Shown here: positions 19,306 to 28,559 of the stretch, piece by piece
Numbering within the stretch: the stretch's first letter is position 1
Layout: each line of letters begins with the position of its first letter
NCBI GenBank assembly: GCA_041556195.1
Contig: JBFFIY010000006.1
Location: 1-60,681 of the forward strand
Source: Enterobacterales bacterium
Lineage (GTDB): Bacteria; Pseudomonadota; Gammaproteobacteria; Enterobacterales; GCA-002770795
DNA length: 60,681 bases
Reading direction: 5' to 3'
Notes under the pieces: model-generated
Databases searched by the model: none
What the model was told of the DNA's origin: nothing
The model's input: the letters and a program-made list of their open reading frames with translations, nothing else
Program-made: the position numbers and the translations under genes

Positions 19306-20934
19306 TTGAATTATATGTTGTCAAAAACAAAAAATAAATGGTGGCAAAGCACCGTTTTTTACGAGATTTATATCGCCAGTTTTCAAGATGGTAATGGTGA
19401 TGGGATCGGTGATTTTGAAGGGCTGACAAGTCGTCTGGATTATCTGCAACGCCTGGGTGTCAATGGTTTGTGGATCACACCATTTTATCCATCGCCCAAG
19501 GTGGATAACGGTTATGATGTTGCGGACTATTTTAATGTCGATCCAGATTTTGGCAGTTTGGCGGATTTTGATCACTTTATTGAACAGGCTCATGAACGCA
19601 ACATAAAAGTTATCATTGATGTTGTGCTGAACCATGTGTCGACAGAGCATCCATGGTTCAGGGAAGCCGTATCCAATCCAACATGTAAATACCGGAATTA
19701 TTTCTTTTTTCGGGATGAACCTAATGGTTGGGAATCCTTCTTTGGCGGATCTGCATGGGAAAAAGAGCCGGAGGGAAATCAAGTTTATTATCACAAATTT
19801 TCCCCGAGCCAGGCGGATCTTAACTGGCAAAACAAGGCGGTGATGGATGATATGCTGGCAGTGTTGAAATTCTGGATAGAGCGGGGTGTTGATGGCTTTC
19901 GTCTTGATGTTATTAATTTTCTTTCCTGCAATGGCATAGGTGACGAAAACCTTCTCCGTGATACTAAGGGTAAGCAAATTCACAACCATGACATTGACCA
20001 GCCGGATATTTATTCCTGCATCTCTGAAATATGCGGTTATGTCAGGGATTACAGTACATCAGTAGGTAGAGAATGTTTTTTGGTCGGAGAGGTGGGACAT
20101 GAGGAAATATCGAAATTGACTCCCTTTCAAAGTGACGATTTGCTGGATGTAGTTTTTAACTTCAATTTAGGATCAATATTAAAGTTTGATATTTGCGAGG
20201 TCTATAAACAGTTAGTCGCTATGGAGGAGCAGCATAGTGGTTTACCTACACTATTTTTTAATAGCCATGATTTGCCCAGGTCCATGAGCAGACTTTGCCA
20301 TAATAATGTTGAACAGGCTGGTGCATTAGCTGCGCTAATCTTAATGGCGAAAGGTGTAAGCTTTTTATATTTTGGTGAAGAAATAGGCATGGCCGATTTT
20401 ATTCCGGAAAGCATTAGTGAAATGCAGGATATTCAAGCAGTAAATCACTATCAATTAGCGTTAGCAAAGGGCAAGACGACACTTCAGGCATATACCAAAG
20501 CCCTTGAGGAATGTCGCGACAAGTCTCGTTTGTACATGCAATGGAACGATGACAAATTCTCTGGCTTCACTACGTCAGCACCCTGGATCGGTAAGACAGC
20601 ACCAAAAAACCTGCCCAAAGTTGAAGAACAGATCAACGATCCTGATAGCCTCTGGCATTGGTATAGAAAACTAATTGCTTTGCGCCGGGACAATCAAGCG
20701 CTTAACTTTGGCAGTTACGATATTTTGTCTCTGGACAATAAACTATTGTCAATTTCTCGTCGTTGGCAAAGTCAAACTATTCACATTCAAATAAATTTCG
20801 GTGATGTAAAACAATTTATTAACTGCAATGATTCTCATGAAGTTTTGGCCAGCAAAGGATTAAGCATTTGCAAACAAAATTGTCTATTACCTTTTGGGAC
20901 TCTAATTACAAGAGAAGTATCAGATGTTTGTTAA
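19306..20934 (+). CDS. GH13 alpha-glucosidase (oligo-1,6-glucosidase/TreC-like; probable start ATG 19315)
   Basis: SFQDGNGDGIGD, DNGYDVADY, DVVLNH, DGFRLDVIN, VGEV, NSHDLPR, YFGEEIGM. Confidence 0.88.
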   Translation: MNYMLSKTKNKWWQSTVFYEIYIASFQDGNGDGIGDFEGLTSRLDYLQRLGVNGLWITPFYPSPKVDNGYDVADYFNVDPDFGSLADFDHFIEQAHERNIKVIIDVVLNHVSTEHPWFREAVSNPTCKYRNYFFFRDEPNGWESFFGGSAWEKEPEGNQVYYHKFSPSQADLNWQNKAVMDDMLAVLKFWIERGVDGFRLDVINFLSCNGIGDENLLRDTKGKQIHNHDIDQPDIYSCISEICGYVRDYSTSVGRECFLVGEVGHEEISKLTPFQSDDLLDVVFNFNLGSILKFDICEVYKQLVAMEEQHSGLPTLFFNSHDLPRSMSRLCHNNVEQAGALAALILMAKGVSFLYFGEEIGMADFIPESISEMQDIQAVNHYQLALAKGKTTLQAYTKALEECRDKSRLYMQWNDDKFSGFTTSAPWIGKTAPKNLPKVEEQINDPDSLWHWYRKLIALRRDNQALNFGSYDILSLDNKLLSISRRWQSQTIHIQINFGDVKQFINCNDSHEVLASKGLSICKQNCLLPFGTLITREVSDVC

Positions 20935-21985
20935 ACGTTCAAAACTCAATCCCATTGTTATGCCAGATATGGTTAAACCAAGTAGGGAAGACTTCAAAGT
21001 TGATGGAACCTTCAATGCCGGTATCATAGAGCATAATGATGAAATTATTATGTTACTACGGGTTGCGGAAAGCATGTCCAGCACCAAAGAAAATGAAATA
21101 AAAACACCCCTTTTAATTGAGCTGCCTGATTCTTGGGAAGTGATAGTTAAGACTTTTCAGAGAGATGATCCCAATTATGATTTTTCTGATCCTCGAGCAA
21201 TCGTATTACGAGAAGATCCAACCCAGGTACATCTCACTTCGTTGTCCCATATCAGGATAGCTCGAAGTGTTGATGGTGAGAAATTCATAGTTGATGATAA
21301 TGCTTTTATTTTCCCAAATAATCGCTATGAAGCTTATGGTTGTGAAGATCCAAGAGTTACCCTGATCGAAGGCAGTTTTTATATTAATTATTCATCGGTA
21401 TCGGAATATGGTATTAGCACCTCCCTTGCTCGCAGTTCTAATTTTCAGCGGGTGGAGAAATTGGGAGTCATTTTTTCTCCAGATAACAGAGATGTCTGTT
21501 TCTTTCCTGAAAAGATTAATGGTTACTATTGGGCACTACACCGTCCGGCGCCACTACATCTGGGTACGCCTGAGATTTGGCTGGCAAAATCTCCCGATCT
21601 TATTCATTGGGGCGATCACCGAAGATTAGCTGGATGTTTAGGCAATGGCTGGGAGCAAAAAAAAATTGGTGGTGGCGCACCGATGCTTAAAACAGAAAAA
21701 GGGTGGTTACAAATCTATCATGGGGTAGATAAATCACAACGTTATAGTCTGGGTGCTTTGTTAATTGACCAGAATGATCCGACAAAGGTGATAGCCCGTA
21801 TGCAGCATCCCATTGTGGAACCCAGAGAGGCATACGAAGTTGAAGGCTTTTTTGGCAGTGTAGTATTTTGTTGTGGCGCTATTATTAAAGATGATGTGTT
21901 AAATATTTATTACGGTGCCGCAGATAAGGTGATGGCATTAGCGACTATCAATTTAAATGAAGTATGGCGGAACCTGTCAGTCTGA
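20924..21985 (+). CDS. GH130 beta-mannoside phosphorylase (beta-1,2-mannobiose/oligomannan phosphorylase-like)
   Basis: FNAG, LLRVAE, DPR, LTSLSHIRIARS, YGCEDPRVT, ALHRP, KIGGGAP, IYHGV, YYGAAD. Confidence 0.88.
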   Translation: MFVKRSKLNPIVMPDMVKPSREDFKVDGTFNAGIIEHNDEIIMLLRVAESMSSTKENEIKTPLLIELPDSWEVIVKTFQRDDPNYDFSDPRAIVLREDPTQVHLTSLSHIRIARSVDGEKFIVDDNAFIFPNNRYEAYGCEDPRVTLIEGSFYINYSSVSEYGISTSLARSSNFQRVEKLGVIFSPDNRDVCFFPEKINGYYWALHRPAPLHLGTPEIWLAKSPDLIHWGDHRRLAGCLGNGWEQKKIGGGAPMLKTEKGWLQIYHGVDKSQRYSLGALLIDQNDPTKVIARMQHPIVEPREAYEVEGFFGSVVFCCGAIIKDDVLNIYYGAADKVMALATINLNEVWRNLSV

Positions 21986-22013
21986 CGGGATGTTGAAGAG
22001 AGTATATTATGCA

Positions 22014-22958
22014 ATGAGCAGAAATAATCCAAAGCGTGTGAGCGAGCTATTTTCTGAATTTTGGAAAGAACGCAATAACAACAAAAACAATGCTGGCAAG
22101 CTATGTTTTAAAGGCGTGAGTAATCATGATGTCTATAATATTACTGCACCATTTAACTCAGCAAATAAAGTCATTATTGCTGGAAGAGTTGAGCCCAGAG
22201 ATCAAGAATATTCCTCCGTTATTTTTTTTGAAGAAATTGACAATGCGTGGCACCCCATTGTTGGCGCACCTATGTTCAAATTGCAAGATCCCTTTGTAAC
22301 ATTTATTAAGAATGAACTGATCTTCGGTGGAGTAGAGATCTGGGATATTGATGGAGAAAAGGGTGAGAGAGAATTGGAGTGGAAAACAGTTTTTTACCGA
22401 GGCTCCGATATTTTTAATCTGATTGAATTTTTTAGTGGCCCAACAGGAATGAAAGATATTCGATTATGCGATCTTGAAAACGGCAAGATTGCCGTTTTTA
22501 CAAGGCCTCAAGGTAGCGTAGGGGGGCGAGGTATTATTAGTTATACTGAAGTCAACCAACTAAAAGAGCTAACCATCGAAGTAATTGAGGATGCGCACCC
22601 ACTAAAAAACATGTTTCACTCCATGGATTGGGGAGGCGTCAACGAGGCTCATAGATTGGTTAATGGGGAAATTGGTTTGTTGGCTCATGTAGCCTATTTT
22701 GAAAATGATGACTCAAATCAAGAGAGACATTACTATACCTCTTCGTTTATTTTTGACCCCGTTCTCAGACGATTTAGAGATCTAAAAATTATCGCTTGTC
22801 GTAAACAGCTTGGGGCTGGGCCAGCTAAACGAAAAGATCTCTCTGATGTAATGTTTTCTGGAGGGTTAATTCGAGTTGATGAAATGGCTATTCTGTATGC
22901 AGGGGTGTCGGATACCGAAGCCCATTGGATAGAAATAGACAATCCTTTTGCCACATAA
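22014..22958 (+). CDS. DUF1861 / MTP-like (GT108) beta-propeller mannosyl transferase-phosphorylase family protein
   Basis: DVYNITAPF, IAGRVEPRD, LQDPF, GPTGMKDIRL, FTRPQG, WGGVNE, DVMFSGG, YAGVSD; ORF track start 21957 overlaps GH130, ATG 22014 more likely. Confidence 0.82.
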   Translation: MSRNNPKRVSELFSEFWKERNNNKNNAGKLCFKGVSNHDVYNITAPFNSANKVIIAGRVEPRDQEYSSVIFFEEIDNAWHPIVGAPMFKLQDPFVTFIKNELIFGGVEIWDIDGEKGERELEWKTVFYRGSDIFNLIEFFSGPTGMKDIRLCDLENGKIAVFTRPQGSVGGRGIISYTEVNQLKELTIEVIEDAHPLKNMFHSMDWGGVNEAHRLVNGEIGLLAHVAYFENDDSNQERHYYTSSFIFDPVLRRFRDLKIIACRKQLGAGPAKRKDLSDVMFSGGLIRVDEMAILYAGVSDTEAHWIEIDNPFAT

Positions 22959-23050
22959 CATGGCGCAAAGGCGACTGTGCTACTGTTACGATTTTGCTCG
23001 ATAGCAGAAGTAATTTTGCCATTCTTCCAAAGGTTGAGTTATAGCAAGAT

Positions 23051-23083
23051 TATAGCCGCTGTTATTCAAAACGCCTGTTTCAG
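23051..23083 (+). repeat. Degenerate family C end
   Basis: TATAGCCGCTGTTATTCAAAACGCCTGTTTCAG aligns with the reverse complement of 158-190. Confidence 0.45.
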
Positions 23084-23198
23084 AGTTTAGCCGGAAACTC
23101 CCAAAATGAAAATTCGTCTCTTTGATTGCTTTTCTCATGGGGTAAGTAAGTGGTTGGTAAGCCACCTACTTTAACCAGGGCAGAACATTGGTAACAGC

Positions 23199-23216
23199 AT
23201 TGACACCGGTGTCAAT
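23199..23216. promoter_or_regulatory. LacI-type operator upstream of the edd operon
   Basis: Perfect 18-bp palindrome ATTGACACCGGTGTCAAT containing TTGACA; same motif precedes glk. Confidence 0.72.
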
Positions 23217-23327
23217 TTATGGGTTAATGCTCTTAGTTATTACGGATAATTTTGTACTTTAAGAACCCAGTATTTAAGATAAGATTCAAATGTCAAGATG
23301 TCAAAATTGACTGGTTGTGGAATAAAT

Positions 23328-23556
23328 AACCTCAACTCTGGATAAGATCTGTTATCCAAATTTATTAAATGTCGAATTTTCAATAAGTTACATGTATTGA
23401 TTCTTTGCAAATATTGATTAGTAGGCTCAATATTGGGATTTTTGTGCTTAGCAAGGCAAATTCGCGAACGAATAGCTGGCTATTTTGAGTGAATTTAACG
23501 CTGAAAAGCGCAAAAAACACTGTATTGAGGGGCGTAGATTATCCAGAGTTGAGGTT
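23328..23556. mobile_element. MITE-like element, family A
   Basis: Perfect 18-bp terminal inverted repeats AACCTCAACTCTGGATAA / TTATCCAGAGTTGAGGTT, no ORF; partial second copy at 46774-46906. Confidence 0.8.
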
Positions 23557-23571
23557 AAATAAGGTAAATTA

Positions 23572-25440
23572 ATGTCGCTATCTAGTGAAATCAGTCGGAT
23601 CACAAAGAGAATCATTGATAAAAGTGAACCTACCAGAGAAAACTATCTTGAGAGAATGATTGCTGCGTCAAATTCAGGCAGAAATCGCTCACATTTAAGT
23701 TGTGGTAATTTGGCTCATGGTATGGCGGTATGTAATGCCACCGATAAAAAGCGAATGACTGATGAAAAATCAGCAAATTTGGCGATTATTACTTCTTATA
23801 ACGACATGGTGTCGGCCCATCAGCCTTATCAGTTTTATCCTGAATTAATTAAAAAAACCTGCAATCTCTTAGGCGTTACAGCACAGGTGGCAGGGGGCGT
23901 GCCCGCCATGTGTGATGGTATCACTCAGGGGCAAACGGGCATGGAGCTATCATTATTCAGTCGTGATCTAATTGCGATGTCGACCGCTATTTCTCTTTCT
24001 CATAATATGTTTGATGGAACTTTGTGTCTTGGTGTTTGCGACAAAATTGTACCGGGGTTAGTCATTGGTGCGTTAAGTTTTGGTCATTTGCCTACATTGT
24101 TTTTACCAGCTGGTCCAATGACAACGGGTCAGGGTAATAGTGAGAAAGTGAAAGTTCGACAGGCTTTTGCCGAGGGTAAAGTAGGTCGAGCAGAATTATT
24201 AGCATCAGAAAGCGCTTCATATCATAGTGTTGGCACATGCACCTTTTACGGAACAGCCAATAGTAACCAGATGTTGATGGAAATTATGGGGCTGCATCTA
24301 CCTGGCAGTTCGTTTGTTCCTCCTGAGACAGACTTAAGAAATGCACTGACAGTCAAAGGTGTTGAAACTCTTGTTTCACAATTAGATGGGAACAACTCAT
24401 CCGTCCCTTTATTTAAAATTATTAGCGAGAAAACTATTGTAAATGCGATGGTGGGGTTGCTCTCTACAGGTGGTTCCACTAATCATGCTATTCATCTTGT
24501 GGCCATTGCTAAAGCAGCAGGTATTATTATCGATTGGCAGGATTTGGCTGATTTATCCAGGGTAGTGCCATTACTTTGCCATATTTATCCAAACGGGAAA
24601 GCAGATATTAACCATTTTCAAGCAGCTGGTGGAATGGGGTTTTTAATGCGCGAATTAAGTCATGCAGGTTATTTGCATCAAGATGTTAAAACGGTGCTTG
24701 GTGAGGGACTTGATCCCTATTTTAAATCGCCGCAATTAAAGGCAAATCCAAATGCTGATATTTTTCGTGAGAAAAATGAGATCAATAACTCTCAAACCAC
24801 TATTGCCTGGCAAGCAGTAGAAAAAGAAAGTGGAGATGAAACGGTTCTAAGGCCAGCACAAAATCCATTTAATTTAGAAGGCGGCCTTAAATTATTAACC
24901 GGTAATTTAGGACGGTCAGTAATTAAAGTATCGGCAGTCGATGAACGGCATCAAGTTGTTAAAGCACCAGCAATGGTATTTGACTCACAGGTTGAATTTC
25001 AGGATAAATTTAATCAGGGTGAACTAGAGCAGGATTTTGTAGCTGTTATCCGATTTCAGGGACCAAAAACAAATGGCATGCCTGAGTTACATAAATTGAC
25101 GCCGTTGTTAGGAGTGCTACAGGATAAAGGTTACAAAGTAGCCATTGTTACTGATGGAAGAATGTCGGGTGCTTCTGGAAAAGTTCCAGCAGCAATCCAC
25201 GTTATACCTGAAGCAAGCGATTCAGGGCCAATTGGTAAGATTTACAATGGCGACATGATTCTACTAGACGCACAAGCAGGAGAGTTAGAATTGTTGGTGG
25301 ATAAAGAAGTATTAAATGGAAGAAGCTATGCCCAGTTAAATAAAGATGAAACTATCTATGGTGTTGGTAGAGAGTTGTTTGAAACGTTTAGACAAAATAT
25401 TGGAACAGCTGAACAAGGCGCTAGTATTTTTAATTTATAA
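23572..25440 (+). CDS. edd: Phosphogluconate dehydratase
   Basis: [52 protein letters not shown]. Confidence 0.96.
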   Translation: MSLSSEISRITKRIIDKSEPTRENYLERMIAASNSGRNRSHLSCGNLAHGMAVCNATDKKRMTDEKSANLAIITSYNDMVSAHQPYQFYPELIKKTCNLLGVTAQVAGGVPAMCDGITQGQTGMELSLFSRDLIAMSTAISLSHNMFDGTLCLGVCDKIVPGLVIGALSFGHLPTLFLPAGPMTTGQGNSEKVKVRQAFAEGKVGRAELLASESASYHSVGTCTFYGTANSNQMLMEIMGLHLPGSSFVPPETDLRNALTVKGVETLVSQLDGNNSSVPLFKIISEKTIVNAMVGLLSTGGSTNHAIHLVAIAKAAGIIIDWQDLADLSRVVPLLCHIYPNGKADINHFQAAGGMGFLMRELSHAGYLHQDVKTVLGEGLDPYFKSPQLKANPNADIFREKNEINNSQTTIAWQAVEKESGDETVLRPAQNPFNLEGGLKLLTGNLGRSVIKVSAVDERHQVVKAPAMVFDSQVEFQDKFNQGELEQDFVAVIRFQGPKTNGMPELHKLTPLLGVLQDKGYKVAIVTDGRMSGASGKVPAAIHVIPEASDSGPIGKIYNGDMILLDAQAGELELLVDKEVLNGRSYAQLNKDETIYGVGRELFETFRQNIGTAEQGASIFNL

Positions 25441-25445
25441 GAAAT

Positions 25446-25659
25446 GTAACTATTTAGGTAACTACTCAGCGAGTTGTTACATGTACCCGTAACTGTTCAG
25501 GTTGCCTCTAAAATGCGTCTCAGGCTTTTGGCTCCTGCAAAACCTGTGTACATGCCATCCATGGCAATAAGTTCGAGGCAAAAAATGTGAGTATACTCGA
25601 TTATTTGACCATTTTTGAACGATGAAATGGCTCATTTTAGAGGTGAACTGAATAGTTAC
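25446..25659. mobile_element. MITE-like element, family B, between edd and zwf
   Basis: Imperfect 27-bp inverted repeats 25489-25515 / 25633-25659 (GTAACTGTTCAG...CTGAATAGTTAC); 25456-25515 is identical to 60539-60598. Confidence 0.75.
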
Positions 25660-25678
25660 TAAGAAATGGGAAAAAAAA

Positions 25679-27154
25679 ATGAAACAGGCATTTGATTTAG
25701 TGATCTTTGGAGGAACCGGCGATTTGTCAATGCGCAAATTATTGCCGGCTATGTATCGAGCTCATCATCAGGGCAGCATTCCAGGATCATCGAAAATAAT
25801 GGTTTGCTGCAGAAAAATTAAAGATTTCGATACCCTGATTGATAAAATCGAGAGCGGACTCCGATCTTTTCTGGAACCTGGTGAGTTTAATGAAAAGGAA
25901 TGGAAAGCGTTTTCGCAGATCTTACAACCTGTTTTATTGGAACTGGTGGATTTAGAAAAAGGTTGGGATGAATTTTCTCAAATGTTTGAAACTAGTGCTG
26001 ATAGAGTTAGACTGTTTTACCTGGCTGTAATGCCATCTATTTATTCAAGCTGTTGTGAAAACCTGTCTGTTAAAAACTTGATAGATCCGAATTCGCGTAT
26101 AGTGGTTGAAAAGCCTCTGGGTTATGACTTTGATTCTGCTGAAGTCATTAATGAAACCATGGCAAAATATTTTAAAGAGGAACAAATTTATCGAATTGAT
26201 CATTATTTGGGGAAAGAGACTGTTCAAAATTTATTCGCTTTAAGATTCAGTAATGTTTTATTTGAAAATATTTGGGATTCAAAAGCTATCGACCATATCC
26301 AAATCAGCATCAGCGAACAGGTTGGTTTAGAGGGGCGTGCTGGGTTTTATGATGAAACAGGGGCAATGCGAGATATGGTTCAAAATCATCTTTTGCAATT
26401 ATTGTGTTTAGTTGCGATGGAGCCTCCCAATAAACTACAGGCAGAAGATGTTCGAGTCGAAAAAGTAAAAATTCTTCGTGCATTAAAAGCATTTACCAAA
26501 GAAGAAATCGATAGTCACACCGTTCGAGGTCAATACGGAAGTGGTCAAATTGAAGGGAAACAGATTTCAGGTTACATGAATGAATTAGGTGACTATGAGA
26601 GCAATACTGAAACTTTTGTGGCCATTAAAACCTATATAGAAAATTGGCGCTGGGCAGGCGTTCCTTTTTATTTGCGAACAGGAAAGTGTCTGAAAAACCG
26701 TAGTGCAGAAATTATCGTACAGTTTAAAGAAGTAACGCATAATGTCTATGAGCAAGGAACTCAGGCATTAAAACCTAATCGATTAATTATTCAGCTACAA
26801 CCTCAAGAAAAGATCCAACTCTTTTTAATGGCCAAAGATATAGGTAGTGAAAGTGCTAATTTGAAGTCAATTAAATTGAATCTTGATTTTGAAAACGATC
26901 CTGGTAAACCCAGAACATCTGCATATCAAAGATTGCTACTTGACGCGATTGCGGGTAATTCAACATTATTTATCCATAGAGACGAAGTAAAGGCTGCCTG
27001 GAAATGGGTCGATCCAATTATCGAACACTGGAAAAATTCCCAAATACCCCCGTTGCTCTATAATGCAGGGAGTTGGGGGCCGTCTAAAGCCAATGATTTA
27101 TTTCAAAATAGTTCTCAAGGTTGGGTAGATGTTAGAGCAGAGCAGGAAGAATAA
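25679..27154 (+). CDS. zwf: Glucose-6-phosphate 1-dehydrogenase
   Basis: GGTGDLS, VEKPLG, RIDHYLGKE, RDMVQNHLLQ, WAGVPFYLRTGK. Confidence 0.96.
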   Translation: MKQAFDLVIFGGTGDLSMRKLLPAMYRAHHQGSIPGSSKIMVCCRKIKDFDTLIDKIESGLRSFLEPGEFNEKEWKAFSQILQPVLLELVDLEKGWDEFSQMFETSADRVRLFYLAVMPSIYSSCCENLSVKNLIDPNSRIVVEKPLGYDFDSAEVINETMAKYFKEEQIYRIDHYLGKETVQNLFALRFSNVLFENIWDSKAIDHIQISISEQVGLEGRAGFYDETGAMRDMVQNHLLQLLCLVAMEPPNKLQAEDVRVEKVKILRALKAFTKEEIDSHTVRGQYGSGQIEGKQISGYMNELGDYESNTETFVAIKTYIENWRWAGVPFYLRTGKCLKNRSAEIIVQFKEVTHNVYEQGTQALKPNRLIIQLQPQEKIQLFLMAKDIGSESANLKSIKLNLDFENDPGKPRTSAYQRLLLDAIAGNSTLFIHRDEVKAAWKWVDPIIEHWKNSQIPPLLYNAGSWGPSKANDLFQNSSQGWVDVRAEQEE

Positions 27155-27158
27155 AATC

Positions 27159-27869
27159 ATGATAAAAGAAAATCTGTTTAAAGATCGAGAAAGTTTATAC
27201 GACAGTGTAACAAAACAATGTATATATCATCTTAATCGTGGTATCGAGCAAAATGGAACGGCGGGAATAGTAGTACCAGGAGGTACTACACCAGCCCCTA
27301 TTTTTGAAAAATTATCTCAAACCTTGTTGCCTTGGGAGAATGTATTAATCGCTCCATCAGATGAGCGTTGGATCCCAACTGAACATAAACAGAGCAACCA
27401 GCATTTAATTGAAAATCACCTGTTGATTAATCATGCAGCAAATGCGCAATTGGTCCCACTTAAAAACTCAGCAAAATCAGCAATACTCGGTGAGAAAATT
27501 GCAGAAGAAGCTATTGCACAGTTTAAATATCCATTTGATGTAGTTTTAGTAGGAATGGGGAATGATGGACATTTTGCATCATTATTTCCAGATTGCCCGC
27601 AAATCAGTCAGGCTTTAGATGAGTCGCAATCAAAAAAATGTATAGCCATTAATGCTAATGGGAGCGCTGTAGCTGGCGAGTTTACTGAGCGAATAAGTAT
27701 GACACTATCAACATTGCTCAATAGCCAATTGATAATTGTTTTGATAACTGGGCAGCAGAAACTGAATGTTATTCGTCAAGCAAGCAAGGAAAATAATTCT
27801 GAGAATTGTCCTGTTTCAGCTTTAATAAAGCAACAGAAAACACCGGTAGAGATATTTTGGGCTGAGTAA
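27159..27869 (+). CDS. pgl: 6-phosphogluconolactonase
   Basis: PGGTTP, DERW, GMGNDGHFASLFP; lies between zwf and eda; ATG 27159 chosen over 27129. Confidence 0.92.
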   Translation: MIKENLFKDRESLYDSVTKQCIYHLNRGIEQNGTAGIVVPGGTTPAPIFEKLSQTLLPWENVLIAPSDERWIPTEHKQSNQHLIENHLLINHAANAQLVPLKNSAKSAILGEKIAEEAIAQFKYPFDVVLVGMGNDGHFASLFPDCPQISQALDESQSKKCIAINANGSAVAGEFTERISMTLSTLLNSQLIIVLITGQQKLNVIRQASKENNSENCPVSALIKQQKTPVEIFWAE

Positions 27870-27899
27870 TTAAAGATGATGTTAAAATGAGAAAATTTA

Positions 27900-28541
27900 A
27901 TGATAAAAATGATTGATATCTTAGAACGAGGTCCAGTCATACCAGTAATGGTTATTGACAATCTGGATGATGCTGTTCCACTAGCATCTGCACTTGTAGA
28001 AGGTGGTTTGACCGTTTTAGAAATCACCTTACGAACGGCTGTTGCGATTGAAGCACTACAAGAAATAAAAGCTGCACTTCCCGAAGTTATAGTTGGTACA
28101 GGAACAGTTAAAGATATGCCCACTTTACTTGCTTCGATCAAAGCTGGTGCTGATTTTATGGTTAGTCCAGGTTTTACCGAAAATTTATTAAGAGCCGCTG
28201 TTTCAGAGGGGGCTAATTTACTACCCGGTTCATCAACTCCCAGTGAGGCAATGAAGTTATTAGAGCAAGGTTACACCTGTCAAAAATTTTTTCCAGCAGA
28301 AGCTGCAGGAGGTACCACAATGTTAAAAGCACTGTCAGGTCCTCTACCGCAAATAACATTCTGTCCAACAGGTGGAATTTCAAGAGACAGTGCACCCAGT
28401 TACTTAAGCCTCAATAATGTTGCTTGTGTTGGTGGTAGTTGGATGATGGATAGGAAATTGATAGAGAAGAAAGATTGGTCAGCGATAACTCAGCTAGCAT
28501 TTGAAACCAGTCAGATAAAAATTAAAAATAAAAGTAAATAA
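27900..28541 (+). CDS. eda: KDPG/KHG aldolase
   Basis: LEITLRT, GTGTV, VSPG, KFFPAEAAGG, FCPTGGI. Confidence 0.95.
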   Translation: MIKMIDILERGPVIPVMVIDNLDDAVPLASALVEGGLTVLEITLRTAVAIEALQEIKAALPEVIVGTGTVKDMPTLLASIKAGADFMVSPGFTENLLRAAVSEGANLLPGSSTPSEAMKLLEQGYTCQKFFPAEAAGGTTMLKALSGPLPQITFCPTGGISRDSAPSYLSLNNVACVGGSWMMDRKLIEKKDWSAITQLAFETSQIKIKNKSK

Positions 28542-28559
28542 TAAAATTGGAGCGAAAAA

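Noticed and set aside
19321-19989. 222 aa antisense ORF inside the GH13 gene
   Set aside because: Fully overlaps a well-supported CDS and has no recognisable motifs; a shadow ORF, like the other short antisense ORFs in the track
25477-25737. 86 aa minus-strand ORF as a transposase remnant
   Set aside because: No DDE or HUH motifs; it merely spans the family B repeat and the zwf start
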